Shown: positions 1 through 9,135 of the stretch, in pieces
Layout: every line of letters starts with the position of its first letter
Position numbering within the stretch: the stretch's first letter is position 1
NCBI RefSeq assembly: GCF_004010195.1
Contig: NC_057719.1
Location: 55,550,635 to 55,570,634 of the forward strand
From: Chiloscyllium plagiosum
Taxonomy: Eukaryota
DNA length: 20,000 bases
Direction of reading: 5' to 3'
Program-made: the position numbers and the translations under genes
The notes under the pieces: generated by a model
Seen by the model: the letters and a program-made list of their open reading frames with translations, nothing else
The model's database searches: none
Told to the model about the DNA's origin: nothing

Positions 1-399
1 TGGAAAACCATGAAATGACAATTCTCACCAGGAAGAAAAGCTTCAAAGTGCTCAACGGACTAAAGTCTGCCTATCCTATTTTAATTACATCATGATTCAA
101 GAGGCCAGCTTTCTGCTGGTAGCAAGCACAGGGCCTCATTAAAACATTGAATAATACATCAAATGACTCCAGTAAAATCCAAATGCAATGTCCATGCCAA
201 TAAGAGGATGCTGAAAGCTAGCCATTTCCTGAAAAGGATCTAAAAGCGTTCTGACCTATTCTCAATTTTGTTTGTGAAATGTTTTATGTATGTTTCACAT
301 GGAACTTGACAATTTACTTTTTAATAGTCAAATGAAATCGGCAGGAAATTGAGCTTCATGCAGCTCCATGAACTCTTATAATTCTGCAGGCTTCTTAAG

Positions 400-755
400 A
401 TGCTGGATGTCTTGGAACACATAAAGGTGGATAAATCCCCAGGACCTGATCAGGTGTACCCTAGAACTCTGTGGGAAGCTAGGGAAGTAATTGCTGGGCT
501 TCTTGTTGAGATATTTGTATCATCGATAGTCACAGGTGCGATGCTGGAAGACTGGCTAATGTGGTGCCACTGTTTAAGGAGGGTGGTAAGAATCCTGAGG
601 GACAGGATGTACATGTATTTGGAAAGACAAGGACTAATTAGAGACAGTCAACATGGCTTTGTGCATGAGAAATCATGTCTCACAAACTTGATCGAGTTTT
701 TTGAAGAAGTAACCTCGAGGATTGATGAGGGCAGGGTGGTAGATGTGATCTATAT
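400..755 (+). mobile_element. CR1 LINE ORF2 (RT N-terminal part) fragment, internally deleted, cut off by a PLE
   Basis: Translation KSPGPDQVYPRTL...IRDSQHGF..KSCLTNLIEFFEEVT..VDVIY matches CR1 RT motifs. The NYRPVSL block is missing, and homology stops just before the expected DFxKAFD motif. Confidence 0.92.
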
Positions 756-1230
756 TCAAAGTTTGTGCGAAGATTTGTAGCTCGGGTGCTCGTTGTTGTG
801 GTTCTGTTCGCCGAGCTGGAAGTTTTTGTTGCAAACGTTTCGTCCCCTGGCTAGGCGACATCATCAGTGCTTGGGAGCCTCCTGCGAAGCGCTTCTTTGA
901 TGTTTCCTCCGGTGTTTATAGTGGTCTGTCCCTGCCGCTTCCGGTTGTCAGTTTCAGCTGTCCGCTGTAGTGGTTGGTATATTGGGTCCAGGTCGATGTG
1001 TTTGTTGATGGAGTTTATGGTTGAATGCCATGCCTCGAGGAATTCCCTGGCTGTTCTCTGTCTGGCTTGCCCTATGATAGTGGTGTTGTCCCAGTCGAAT
1101 TCATGTTGCTTGTTGTCTGCGTGTTTGGCTACTAAGGATAGCTGGTCGTGTCGTTTCGTGGCTAGTTGATGTTCATGTATGCGGATTGTTAGCTGTCTCC
1201 CTGTTTGTCCTATATAGTGTTTTGTGCAGT
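755..1230 (-). mobile_element. Penelope-like element 3' portion: GIY-YIG endonuclease C-terminal part plus pseudo-LTR
   Basis: ORF 851..1252(-) has HYIGQTGR..RIHEH..H..EFDW...REFLEAW..SIN, the YIG, R, E and N residues of PLE GIY-YIG nucleases. It is followed by a hammerhead-bearing terminus. CpGs are retained. Confidence 0.92.
831..870 (-). ncRNA. Minimal type I hammerhead ribozyme in PLE pseudo-LTR
   Basis: Minus strand reads GCA CUGAUGA U GUCGCCU-AGCC-AGGGGAC GAAA CGUU UGC. Both core boxes are present, stem II has 6 of 7 pairs, stem III is the palindrome ACGU, and stem I is GCA/UGC. Confidence 0.85.
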
Positions 1231-1404
1231 ATTGCTTCCTGTTGCCCACCACTTATCGGAAGTATTGAGAGATGACACAAGTGCAGAACATTGTCTAGAT
1301 GGGGGGCTTTAATATCCTTCATCAAGAGTGGCTGAGCAATCCTCTACTGACTGAGCTGGTAGAATCTCAAGGATGTAGCTCGATCTATGGTAGAGGTGTA
1401 AGAC

Positions 1405-1625
1405 AACCATTAAGGCGGCCATAGAGTTTGACAGCAAGGAAGTTAAGTTGGACATGTATAGGACACCAGGTAAATGAGAGCTGGAAAATTGCACACAGTT
1501 TTGGTTGAAATACTTTTAAATGAATGAGAATGTATTGAAGATGGTTCAGAAGAGGTTTATAAGTATGGTACCAGGGATGAGAAACTTCAGTTCTGAAGAG
1601 AGATTGGAGAATTGGGACTGTTTTT
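1405..1625 (+). mobile_element. Old CR1 ORF2 C-terminal fragment, left part (interrupted by PLE RT insertion)
   Basis: Decayed KEVKLDMYRT..LENCTQFW..VQKRFISMVPGMRNFSSEERLE.LGLF, homologous to the cleaner copy at 9136-9741. Confidence 0.8.
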
Positions 1626-1929
1626 GTTTTTTTATTTCCGTGTTTTTAATGATTACAAACGTGTCATCGACAGATCTGACCCAGAGTTTGGGTTGAATTT
1701 GTGGTAGGACTGTTTGTTCTAACCTTTGCATAACTGCCTCTGCTATGAGTCCCGAGATTGGTGATCCCATGGGTGTTCCGTTGATTTGTTCGTAAATCTG
1801 GTTGTTGAATGTGAAGTGTGTTGTGAGGCAAAAGTCCAGTAGTTTAAGTATGCCTTCTTTGTTGATAGGTTCAGCATCCTGTTTTCTGTTCTGTATGTCC
1901 AGTAGGTTGGCTATTGTTTCTCTGGCTAG
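1625..1929 (-). mobile_element. PLE reverse transcriptase fragment, inverted duplicate
   Basis: LARETIANLL...QINGTPMGSPISG...WVRSVDDTF. It is the reverse complement of 2148-2303 + CCC + 2455-2601, with about 5 differences. Confidence 0.92.
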
Positions 1930-2650
1930 ACATCCCACTCAGACCCATAGTATCACTACCAGGGACACCATCATACAAACTAGCCAAAGAACTACAACAG
2001 AAACTGAAACACCTGGTCAGCGGATCCAGACACTCTATACAATCAACACAGGAATTCTTGGACATCATCAGAAATATACACATAGACAAAGAAGAAACCA
2101 TGATATCATTCGACGTGACGCCACTGTTCACTTCGATTGACAAAACCCTAGCCAGAGAAACAATAGCCAACCTACTGGACATACAGAACAGAAAACAGGA
2201 CGCTGAACCTATCAACAAAGAAGGCATACTTAAACTACTGGACTTGTGCCTCACAACACACTTCACATTCAACAACCAGATATACGAACAAATCAACGGA
2301 ACAAATCTTCATGCACAAGAACTGGGAATGAAAGCTCTTTACTGACTGTGCTTAATCTGCTGCACAGCTGGAGTTTAAATATGGCACTGGTGTTGAGAAT
2401 CCCAGGACATCTTGCCTGTTACAGTACTCCCAGCACTTTCAGATACATAATGATATGGGATCACCAATCTCGGGACTCATAGCAGAGGCAGTTATGCAAA
2501 GGTTAGAACAAACAGTCCTACCACAAATTCAACCCAAACTCTGGGTCAGATATGTCGATGACACGTTTGTAATCATTAAAAACACGGAAATAGAAAAAAC
2601 ACACCGGATCATCAACGCCACACTCACAGAAATCCGATTCACGAGAGAAG
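1928..2650 (+). mobile_element. PLE reverse transcriptase fragment split by a 151-bp insert (2304-2454)
   Basis: PLRPIVS..PSYKLAK..SFDVTPLFTSI...QINGT | MGSPISG..WVRYVDDTF are PLE RT motifs, including the catalytic YVDD. Confidence 0.92.
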
Positions 2651-2863
2651 AAAGGAGATTGAGGTGTATTATGTTATTTGGTGCCTATATAGAGTGGAGC
2701 GGAGGTCTAATTTCTTTTTAGCAGATAGATCAATAAACAAGAGAAGTAGATTTAAAGTAATTGGTAGAAGGGTGAGAGGGGAGTTAAAGAGAATTCCAGT
2801 CACCCAGAGCATTAAGGGTCTGGAGTTCTAAAAGGCCGTTTGAAGCAGAAACCAGCATCACAT
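2646..2863 (+). mobile_element. Old CR1 C-terminal fragment, right part (continuation of 1405-1625)
   Basis: ERRLR...RFKVIGRRVRGELKR..TQ..VW..EAET resumes where LGLF stopped at 1625. Confidence 0.72.
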
Positions 2864-3274
2864 TGTTACACCTCACTGGGACCATGTTGAAAATCAAATT
2901 CTGTCATACCCAGAGTTGGCACAGAAGTTAAAGTGTATAAGCAATATGCAAACTTAGCTGTCACTGAGATCCATGTTGACTTAAAGCACGGACCAGGTTT
3001 CTCTACTGAACAAAAATTATTATTTATTACAAATAATTAAACTCTAGCTATAGGTGAACAATTACAAACCATTGAGATATAACTCTATTAGTTAAAACTT
3101 GAATCCCTTTATAACTCCTCGAATCTCTCTCACTTAAACACATACACAAAGAAGGAAAAAATGGGTATTTTGGATGGAGGGAAAGATTGAGAAGCTGGTT
3201 CCTGTTTGTAGAGTTGTTGAGATGATGCTTGTGCTGATTAGAATGCTGCTCTTTGGTCTTCCTTCTCTGAATGC
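2864..3274 (-). mobile_element. Probable LTR fragment (R/U5 end), truncated by CR1 insertion
   Basis: Starts abruptly with TGTTACA inside the old CR1. AATAAA lies on the minus strand at 3023-3028, about 160 nt from that terminus. The other end is not visible. Confidence 0.4.
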
Positions 3275-4798
3275 CCATAAGACATGGGAGCAGAAATTAG
3301 GCTATTCAGCCTGTTGAATCTGCTTTGCCATTCAACCATGGCTGATAAGTTTCTCAACCTCATTCTCCTGCTTTCTCCCCATAACCTTTGATCGCCTTGA
3401 TACTCAAGAACTTATCTATCTCAGTCTTAAAATTACTCAATGGCTTGGCCTCTGTAGCCTTCTGTGGCAATGAATTCCACAGATTCGCCACTCTCTGTCT
3501 GAAGAAGTTTCTCCTTATCTACATTCTAAAAGGTTTTCCCTTTACCCGAAGGCTATGTCCTCAGGTCCTAGTCTCTCCTACCAATGGAAACATCTTCCCA
3601 TCATCCAGTCTGTCCAGGCCATTGACTTTTCTGTATGTTTCAATTAGATGCCCCCTCATCCTTCTAAATTCCATTGAGTATAGACCCAGAGTCCACAAAC
3701 GTTCCTCATATGTTAAACTTTTCATTCCTGGGACCATTCTCGTGAACCTTCTCTGAACACAATCCAGGGCCAATGCATCCTTCCTGAGATATGGGACCCA
3801 AAACTGCACACATTAATCCAAATGTAGTCTGACCAGAGCCTTATGGAGCCTCAGAAGTACATGTTTGCTTTTATATTCAAGTCCTCTCAAAATAAATGTC
3901 ATCATTGCATTTGCCTTCCTAACTACAAACTCAACTTGTAAGTTTACCTTGAGAGGATCCTGGACTAGAACTCCTAAGTCTCTTTGCACTTCAGACTCTG
4001 AATTTTCTCACCAGTTAGAAAATATTCCTTGCCTCCATTATTCCTACCAAAGTGCATGAGTCACACTTTCCCACATTATACTCCTTTGCCACTTCTTTGC
4101 CCACTCTCCTACATTGTCCAAATCCTTCTGCAGCCTCTCTGTCTCCTCAATGTTACCTGTCCCTCTACCTATCTTTGTATCATCTGCAAACTTAGTCAGA
4201 ATGCCCTCAGTTCCTTCCTCTAGATCATTAATGTATAAAGTGAAAAGTTGTGGTCCCAACATGGAGCCTTACAGAACACCACTTATCACCAGCTGTCATC
4301 CTGAAAAGGACCCTTTTATCCAAAGTCTCTGCTTTATTCCAAACAGCCAGGCTTCTATCCATGCTAGCATCTTGCCTCTGACACCATGGGCCCTTACCTT
4401 ATTCAGTAGCCTGCTGTGTGGTACCTTGTCAAAGGCCTTCTTGAAGTCCAGGTAGATAACATCCATTGGCTATCCTTGGTCTAACTTGCTCTTTACTTGC
4501 TCAAAGAATTCTAGCAGATTTGTCAGGCATGATCTCCCCTTGCTGAAACCAAGCTGACTTTGCCCTGTTTTACTATACACTTCTGAGTATTCAGAAATCT
4601 CATCCTTCACAATGAATTCCAGGATCTTACCCACAACTGAGGTTAGACGAATCAGTCTGTAATTTGCCGTCTTTGCTTTACTCCCTCTTTAAGCAGAGGT
4701 GTCACATGACTGATTTTCCAGTCCTCTGGGGCCCTTCCTGATTCTAGTGATTCTTGAAAGATCACCACTAACACCTCCACTATCTCTTCAGCTATCTC
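3275..4798 (-). mobile_element. CR1 LINE, 3' ~1.5 kb (RT domain, C-terminus, 3' UTR), frameshifted; runs into gap
   Basis: Minus-strand LDFKKAFDKVPH, LGPQLFTLYINDL..KFADDTKIG and QFWVPYLRKD..VQRRFTRMVPGM. Tail CCATAAGACAT at 3275. Confidence 0.95.
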
Positions 4799-4850
4799 NN
4801 NNNNNNNNNNNNNNNNNNNNNNNNNNNNNNNNNNNNNNNNNNNNNNNNNN
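4799..4850. other. Assembly gap (52 N)
   Basis: Run of N with unrelated elements on either side. Confidence 1.
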
Positions 4851-5090
4851 GGTAAGTTAAAAGGTTAGTAAAAGCTTACCAGTCAGGACTCTGCGATGCT
4901 GCTGTCAAATTGATCAGGTTTTTTGGGTTGGTGAGGGTCGGAGAGCAGACAAGAAACTAATTGAGAGATAATCTAACTACTGGAAGCCTTAGATTTAACA
5001 GGCGCTTCCCCACCTTTAGAAAACTTCGGCCGAAGGTTGTCTGCTCCCTGATCCGCCAACGTTGCCAACTTGCCGTTGTCTCTTTTCCTT
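4851..5090 (-). mobile_element. 5' leader of an LTR retroelement (downstream of PBS)
   Basis: Follows the PBS. Contains the 12-nt palindrome CTTCGGCCGAAG (5024-5035) and a donor-like CTG|GTAAGC (about 4874-4882). Confidence 0.7.
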
Positions 5091-5108
5091 CCCGCGTCGG
5101 GGTCACCA
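5091..5108 (-). promoter_or_regulatory. Primer-binding site complementary to tRNA-Trp
   Basis: Minus strand ...TTAACA TT TGGTGACCCCGACGCGGG versus the tRNA-Trp PBS TGGTGACCCCGACGTGAT. The first 14 nt are identical (15/18 overall), 2 nt after the LTR-terminal CA. Confidence 0.92.
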
Positions 5109-5571
5109 AATGTTAAGACGGACCCGCTGGGTCCCGTCTTTGCGTGTTCTTTCGGAGGGAGAGACTCACACTGGCAACTATGGTTAGGTGCAGACAGCAG
5201 TTTATTCACAGAATCTTAACTGGTATAACGAATCTACAAGCATGCATTCGTTGGTGAAGGCGTTCTCCCTTCTCGTTCAAACTTGACACAATTTTGCTTT
5301 GCGCTGCCTGGAGTCCCCGGTCAGTTCGCCTTCCCCATTGGTCTATTCATCTGCGCGCGCTGGGGATCCGTCCTCCTATTGGCCGCATCGAAGTGCCTGT
5401 CCAGCTCCTGCTGTGCTTGACAATGGCTCAGCCATCCCCGGGAGCGGTTCCGATCCCGTATTCAATAGTTCATTGTTTCAAGGAATTACTATGCGTCTGA
5501 CAGGCTAGCCATTTTCAATAGTTTCAGTTTAACTAAATTGACAATTACACTTATCAACTTTAGACTTAAAC

Positions 5572-5645
5572 AGAGCCATTCACACTTAACAGTTACAGGT
5601 TCCGATAGAGCAATTCACACTTGTCTAACAGTTACAGATTCCGAT
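5572..5645. repeat. Imperfect direct repeat (35 + 39 bp) in U3
   Basis: AGAGCCATTCACACTTAACAGTTACAGGTTCCGAT followed by AGAGCAATTCACACTTGTCTAACAGTTACAGATTCCGAT. Confidence 0.9.
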
Positions 5646-5756
5646 CAGTTTCTTTATTAATCCCGAGTTTCGATGGGGCAATCGATACTGGCTGGTATTT
5701 ACAGGCTCCAAGATTTAATTAACATTATGCATATCCCTTACAAGCTCCAGCCAGGT

Positions 5757-5874
5757 ACTCATGCAGTCGCCAGCAGCAGCTCGCTTGGCTGTTGTTAACC
5801 ATTTCGGGCTGGAACTCATGCAGTCGCCAGCAGCAGCTCGCTTGGCTGTTGTTAACCATTTCAGGGCTGGAACT
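5757..5874. repeat. Near-perfect 57/58-bp tandem duplication in U3
   Basis: ACTCATGCAGTCGCCAGCAGCAGCTCGCTTGGCTGTTGTTAACCATTTC(A)GGGCTGGA twice, differing by a single 1-nt indel. Confidence 0.97.
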
Positions 5875-5949
5875 AGAACTGTCTGTTGCAGAACTAGTGT
5901 CACCCTCCCTAGCCCTACATTAAACACCTCAGTGAAATCTCCCCAACAA

Positions 5950-7155
5950 CAGCTTTGGTAAAAGTGACCACCACATAGTCCTTGTGGAGATGAAGTCCTG
6001 CCTTCCCATTGAGAATACCCTCCATTGTGTTGTGTGGCACTGTAACTGCGTCAAGTAGGACAGATATCAAACTGAAGAGCGGGCATCTATGAGGCACTGT
6101 GGGCCATCAGGATCAGCAGAATTGTAGTCCAGCACAATCTGTAACCTCATGGCCCAGCATATCCCCAACTCAACCATTACCATCAAGGCAGATTCATTAG
6201 AGAGAGCAGGGAGACATGCCAGGAGCTGCTCCAGGCATACCTGAATATGATATGTTGCCCTGGTGAAGCTACCAAACAGGACTACTTGAATGTCAAACAG
6301 AATGAATAGCAAGTGATAGACAGGCCTAAGTGATCCCACAACCAATAGATTAGATCTAAGCTCTGTAGTCCTGCCACATCCAGTCATGAATGGTGGTGCA
6401 CAATTAAACAAATCACTGGAGGATAAGGATCCACAAATAGCCCCATCCTCTATAAGCGAAGCGACCAACATATCAGTGCAAAAGATAAGGCTGAAGCATG
6501 TGTTCAGTCAGAAGTGCCAAGCAGATAATCCATCCATGGTCCCCAACAATACAGTGGTCTCCAACAATGCAGGTACTGGATATTGGAGTCAAAAGGTGTG
6601 GTGCTGCTCAAGCACAGCTGGTCAAGCAGCATCCGAGGAGCAGGAGAGTCAATATTTTGACTATAAACTTTTCAGCCAATGAGCCCTGACAACATTCTGG
6701 GAATCAGACTGGAGTTGTGCTCCAGAACATGCTGCTCATCAACTGGCACTGACCCAACAATGCGAAAAGTTGTGCTGGTCACAAAAAGTAGAGCAAATTC
6801 AACCCAATCAATTACTGTTCCATCAGTCTAATCTCAGTGATCAGTAAAGTGACGGAAGGTGTCATCAACAGCGCTATCAAGTAGCACCTGCTCAGCAATA
6901 ACCTGCTCAGTGATGCCCAGTTTGGGTTCTCAAAGTCACTCAGCTGTTGAACACATTACAGCCTTGGTTCAAACATGGATAAAATAGCTGAATTACAGAA
7001 GTAAGGTAAGAGTTACAGTCTGTGACATCAAGGCTGTATTTGACTGAGTGTAGCATTCAATGAGTCCTAGCACAACTGGGATCATTGCGAATCAGGGGCA
7101 AACTCTCCACTGGTTGGAATCATACCTGGCATAGAGAGAGATGGTTGTGGTTGTC
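5950..7155 (+). mobile_element. Decayed APE-RT LINE of a second family (CR1/L2 group): end of endonuclease, tether, RT N-terminal half
   Basis: GKSDHHIVLV (APE SDH motif), KDKAEA, PDNI, SNPINYCSISLISVISKVTEGVIN..NNLLSDAQFGF and DIKAVFD, with many stops and indels. Confidence 0.85.
6585..6682 (-). mobile_element. Short decayed PLE pseudo-LTR (second family) inserted in the LINE
   Basis: GTGGTGCTGCTCAAGCACAGCTGGTCAAGCAGCATCCGAGGAGCAGGAGA aligns with 19742-19791. The LINE RT resumes at CCCTGACAAC. Confidence 0.7.
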
Positions 7156-7159
7156 AATC

Positions 7160-7793
7160 CATAGTGAAGAAGGTATGCTTACCTTCACAATTCAGGGTGA
7201 GGAATATATGAGCATGGAAGACTTGTTACAATTCTACACAAAACATTGGTTAGCCCGCAGATGGAATATTGTGTCATTCTGGTCACTACACTATCAGAGG
7301 ACATGATTACACTGGAGAGAGTGCAGAGGAGTTTCACTAGGATGTTGCCCAAGATGAAATGTCTCATTTATGAAGAGAGACTGGATCGGCTGGATTTGTT
7401 TTCCTTTGAGCGGTGGAGGCTGTGGACAATCTGATTGTGGTATGAAAGCCAAAGACAGGGTAGATAGGGAGAATCATTTTCCCCATTGCAGATGTGTCTA
7501 ACACTGGAGAGCACAAGTTTAAGGTGAGGAGGAAGTGGTTTCATGGAAATCTGAAAATCAAGGAGAGCTGAGATCTGGTAGAAATGTCAAAAGAGCTGCC
7601 TAAGAGAGTGGTAGGGGCAGTTACTCTCGCAGCATTTAAGAAGCATCTGGATGACCACTTAAAATGCCAGGGCAGAGCAGGCTATGGACCAATTGCAGGT
7701 AAACAGGATTAGTGTAGTTTAGTCCTTGTTGGTCGGCAAAGGTTTGGTGGGCTGAAGGGCTTGTTTCTATGCTGTATGACACTGACTTCATGA
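7160..7793 (+). mobile_element. CR1 3' fragment (ORF2 C-terminus + 3' UTR)
   Basis: PQMEYCV..LERVQRSFTRMLP..YEERLDRLDLFSFERWRL. Ends GAAGGGCTTGTTTCTATGCTGTATGAC. Confidence 0.88.
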
Positions 7794-7939
7794 CAGTTCT
7801 AGAACTCTAGTCAACTTGCATCATTAGATCTGTAGCAGCTATTTTAACCTTGCAAAGTCCATTTTAAAATTAAACAAGGAAGTGTAGTTTTTGAAAGACG
7901 TTATCATCTCTTTTACATTCTGTGGACCTGAATGGCTTT

Positions 7940-8480
7940 TATTGGCTTTTATTAAATGGTATTGGGGCACAAGGACAAATAGATCTTTGTCCAATTTTAT
8001 TGATTATTTGTGAAACCACATCTGAATACTTTGAAGTATTGGTCTCCGTATGTAAGGAGGGGTTGCCTTGCCTCTGAAGTGGTACAATGAAGGTCCATAG
8101 AATAAGCCTCTGGAAGGATGTGAGGCCAAGTTAATTGGGTCTTTGCTCTTGGGAGTGTGGAAGCCTGAGAGGTAATTCAGGTTATTCTGAAGGGCCTTGA
8201 CAGAGCAGATACTGAAAATTTGTTACTTTTGAACATGGAGGTACATTCTCAGGATAAAGTGTTGATTGTTTAGGAGCAAGGTGAAGAGGAATTTATTCGC
8301 TCAGTGTTGTGCTTCTTGGAATGCTCAGCCCAAAGGTTTGTGAATGCTGCAGGACAGAATGTATTCAAGGTTATGATCAATTCTTGCTCCCTCAAGAAAT
8401 CAGATAGACAGGAAGGTGGAGTTGAGGCAGAAGATCATTTATCATATTGAAAGGTGAAACAGTCCCCAGGGGCTATTTTT
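7940..8480 (+). mobile_element. Highly decayed CR1 3' fragment
   Basis: Remnants such as VKPHL, WSPYVRR..ASEVVQ*RS, LGLCSWE..LRGN and ILKGLDRAD occur in CR1 order. Confidence 0.6.
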
Positions 8481-9094
8481 CTTGCAGTAAGTGTAATGCT
8501 CTGCCTACTTATCATTACTTAAAGGTTCACTTTTCCTTCAAGAAGGATAGGCTGGATTTAAGGAGAGGCAAGTCTGTTTAGTTTTCCATGCTCTCATAGA
8601 GAGTTTTATAAACATCATAATTAATTGTGGCAGCTCACTTAGTATTCAAATGTTGTCTAACTGCCAACATGGATCAGTTTCCCACTGACTTTATTAGGCG
8701 TGTGGAAAATATGCCACCTACAAACCACTTAATCAGCACAACAAATGAAAATTGATCTCCATATCTTTTGCTCCGTTTAATATCTTATTCATGGTATTCT
8801 TCTCCTCCTACTCCCACCCACAGAATATTGATGTTCTTGCAAAGATGACATGAAAATGTGCAAAATCTATTTAATTGTTTGCATATTATGAAGGAAAATA
8901 CCCACATTTTGTAGTCCAGGGTCAAACAAATGAAGGGAAAATGACAGGGAAATCAATAATGAGACGTGAGGTCAAGAAGAAAGTGAGTGCAAACAAATAT
9001 CAGTTAATAAAGAGGTCTTTATAATAATATTTCACAAGATGCAATTAAATAACAGAACTGGTAGTTAATGAATCAAATTATAAACTCAGAAATT

Positions 9095-9131
9095 TATATA
9101 TATATATATAGATGTTAAATATACATATATA
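9095..9131. repeat. (TA)n microsatellite / low-complexity tract
   Basis: (TA)8 at 9095-9110 plus a degenerate continuation. Confidence 0.9.
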
Positions 9132-9135
9132 CTTG

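Larger units (their letters stand above)
5111..5919 (-). mobile_element. 5' LTR (809 bp) of an ERV or Gypsy-type retroelement
   Basis: Minus-strand termini TGTAGGG...TCTTAACA. U3 has direct repeats and two CCAAT boxes (5378-5382, 5338-5342). AATAAA is at 5201-5206, the PBS is adjacent, and the sequence is CpG-rich. Confidence 0.88.

Noticed and set aside
30..229. Possible minus-strand exon (TCCTTTTCAG acceptor, CTG|GTGAGA donor)
   Set aside because: Stops in all three frames and no recognisable protein; a non-coding exon cannot be supported from sequence alone.
4973..5209. 78-aa minus-strand ORF as possible gag start
   Set aside because: Starts at a non-ATG codon over the poly(A) signal, spans U5/PBS and has no gag features.
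5757..5874. CRISPR-like array
   Set aside because: Only two abutting copies with no spacers, in a vertebrate LTR.
5715..5961. ORFs with duplicated peptides (QSPAAARLAVVNHF twice)
   Set aside because: Translation of the 57-bp U3 duplication, whose length happens to be a multiple of 3.
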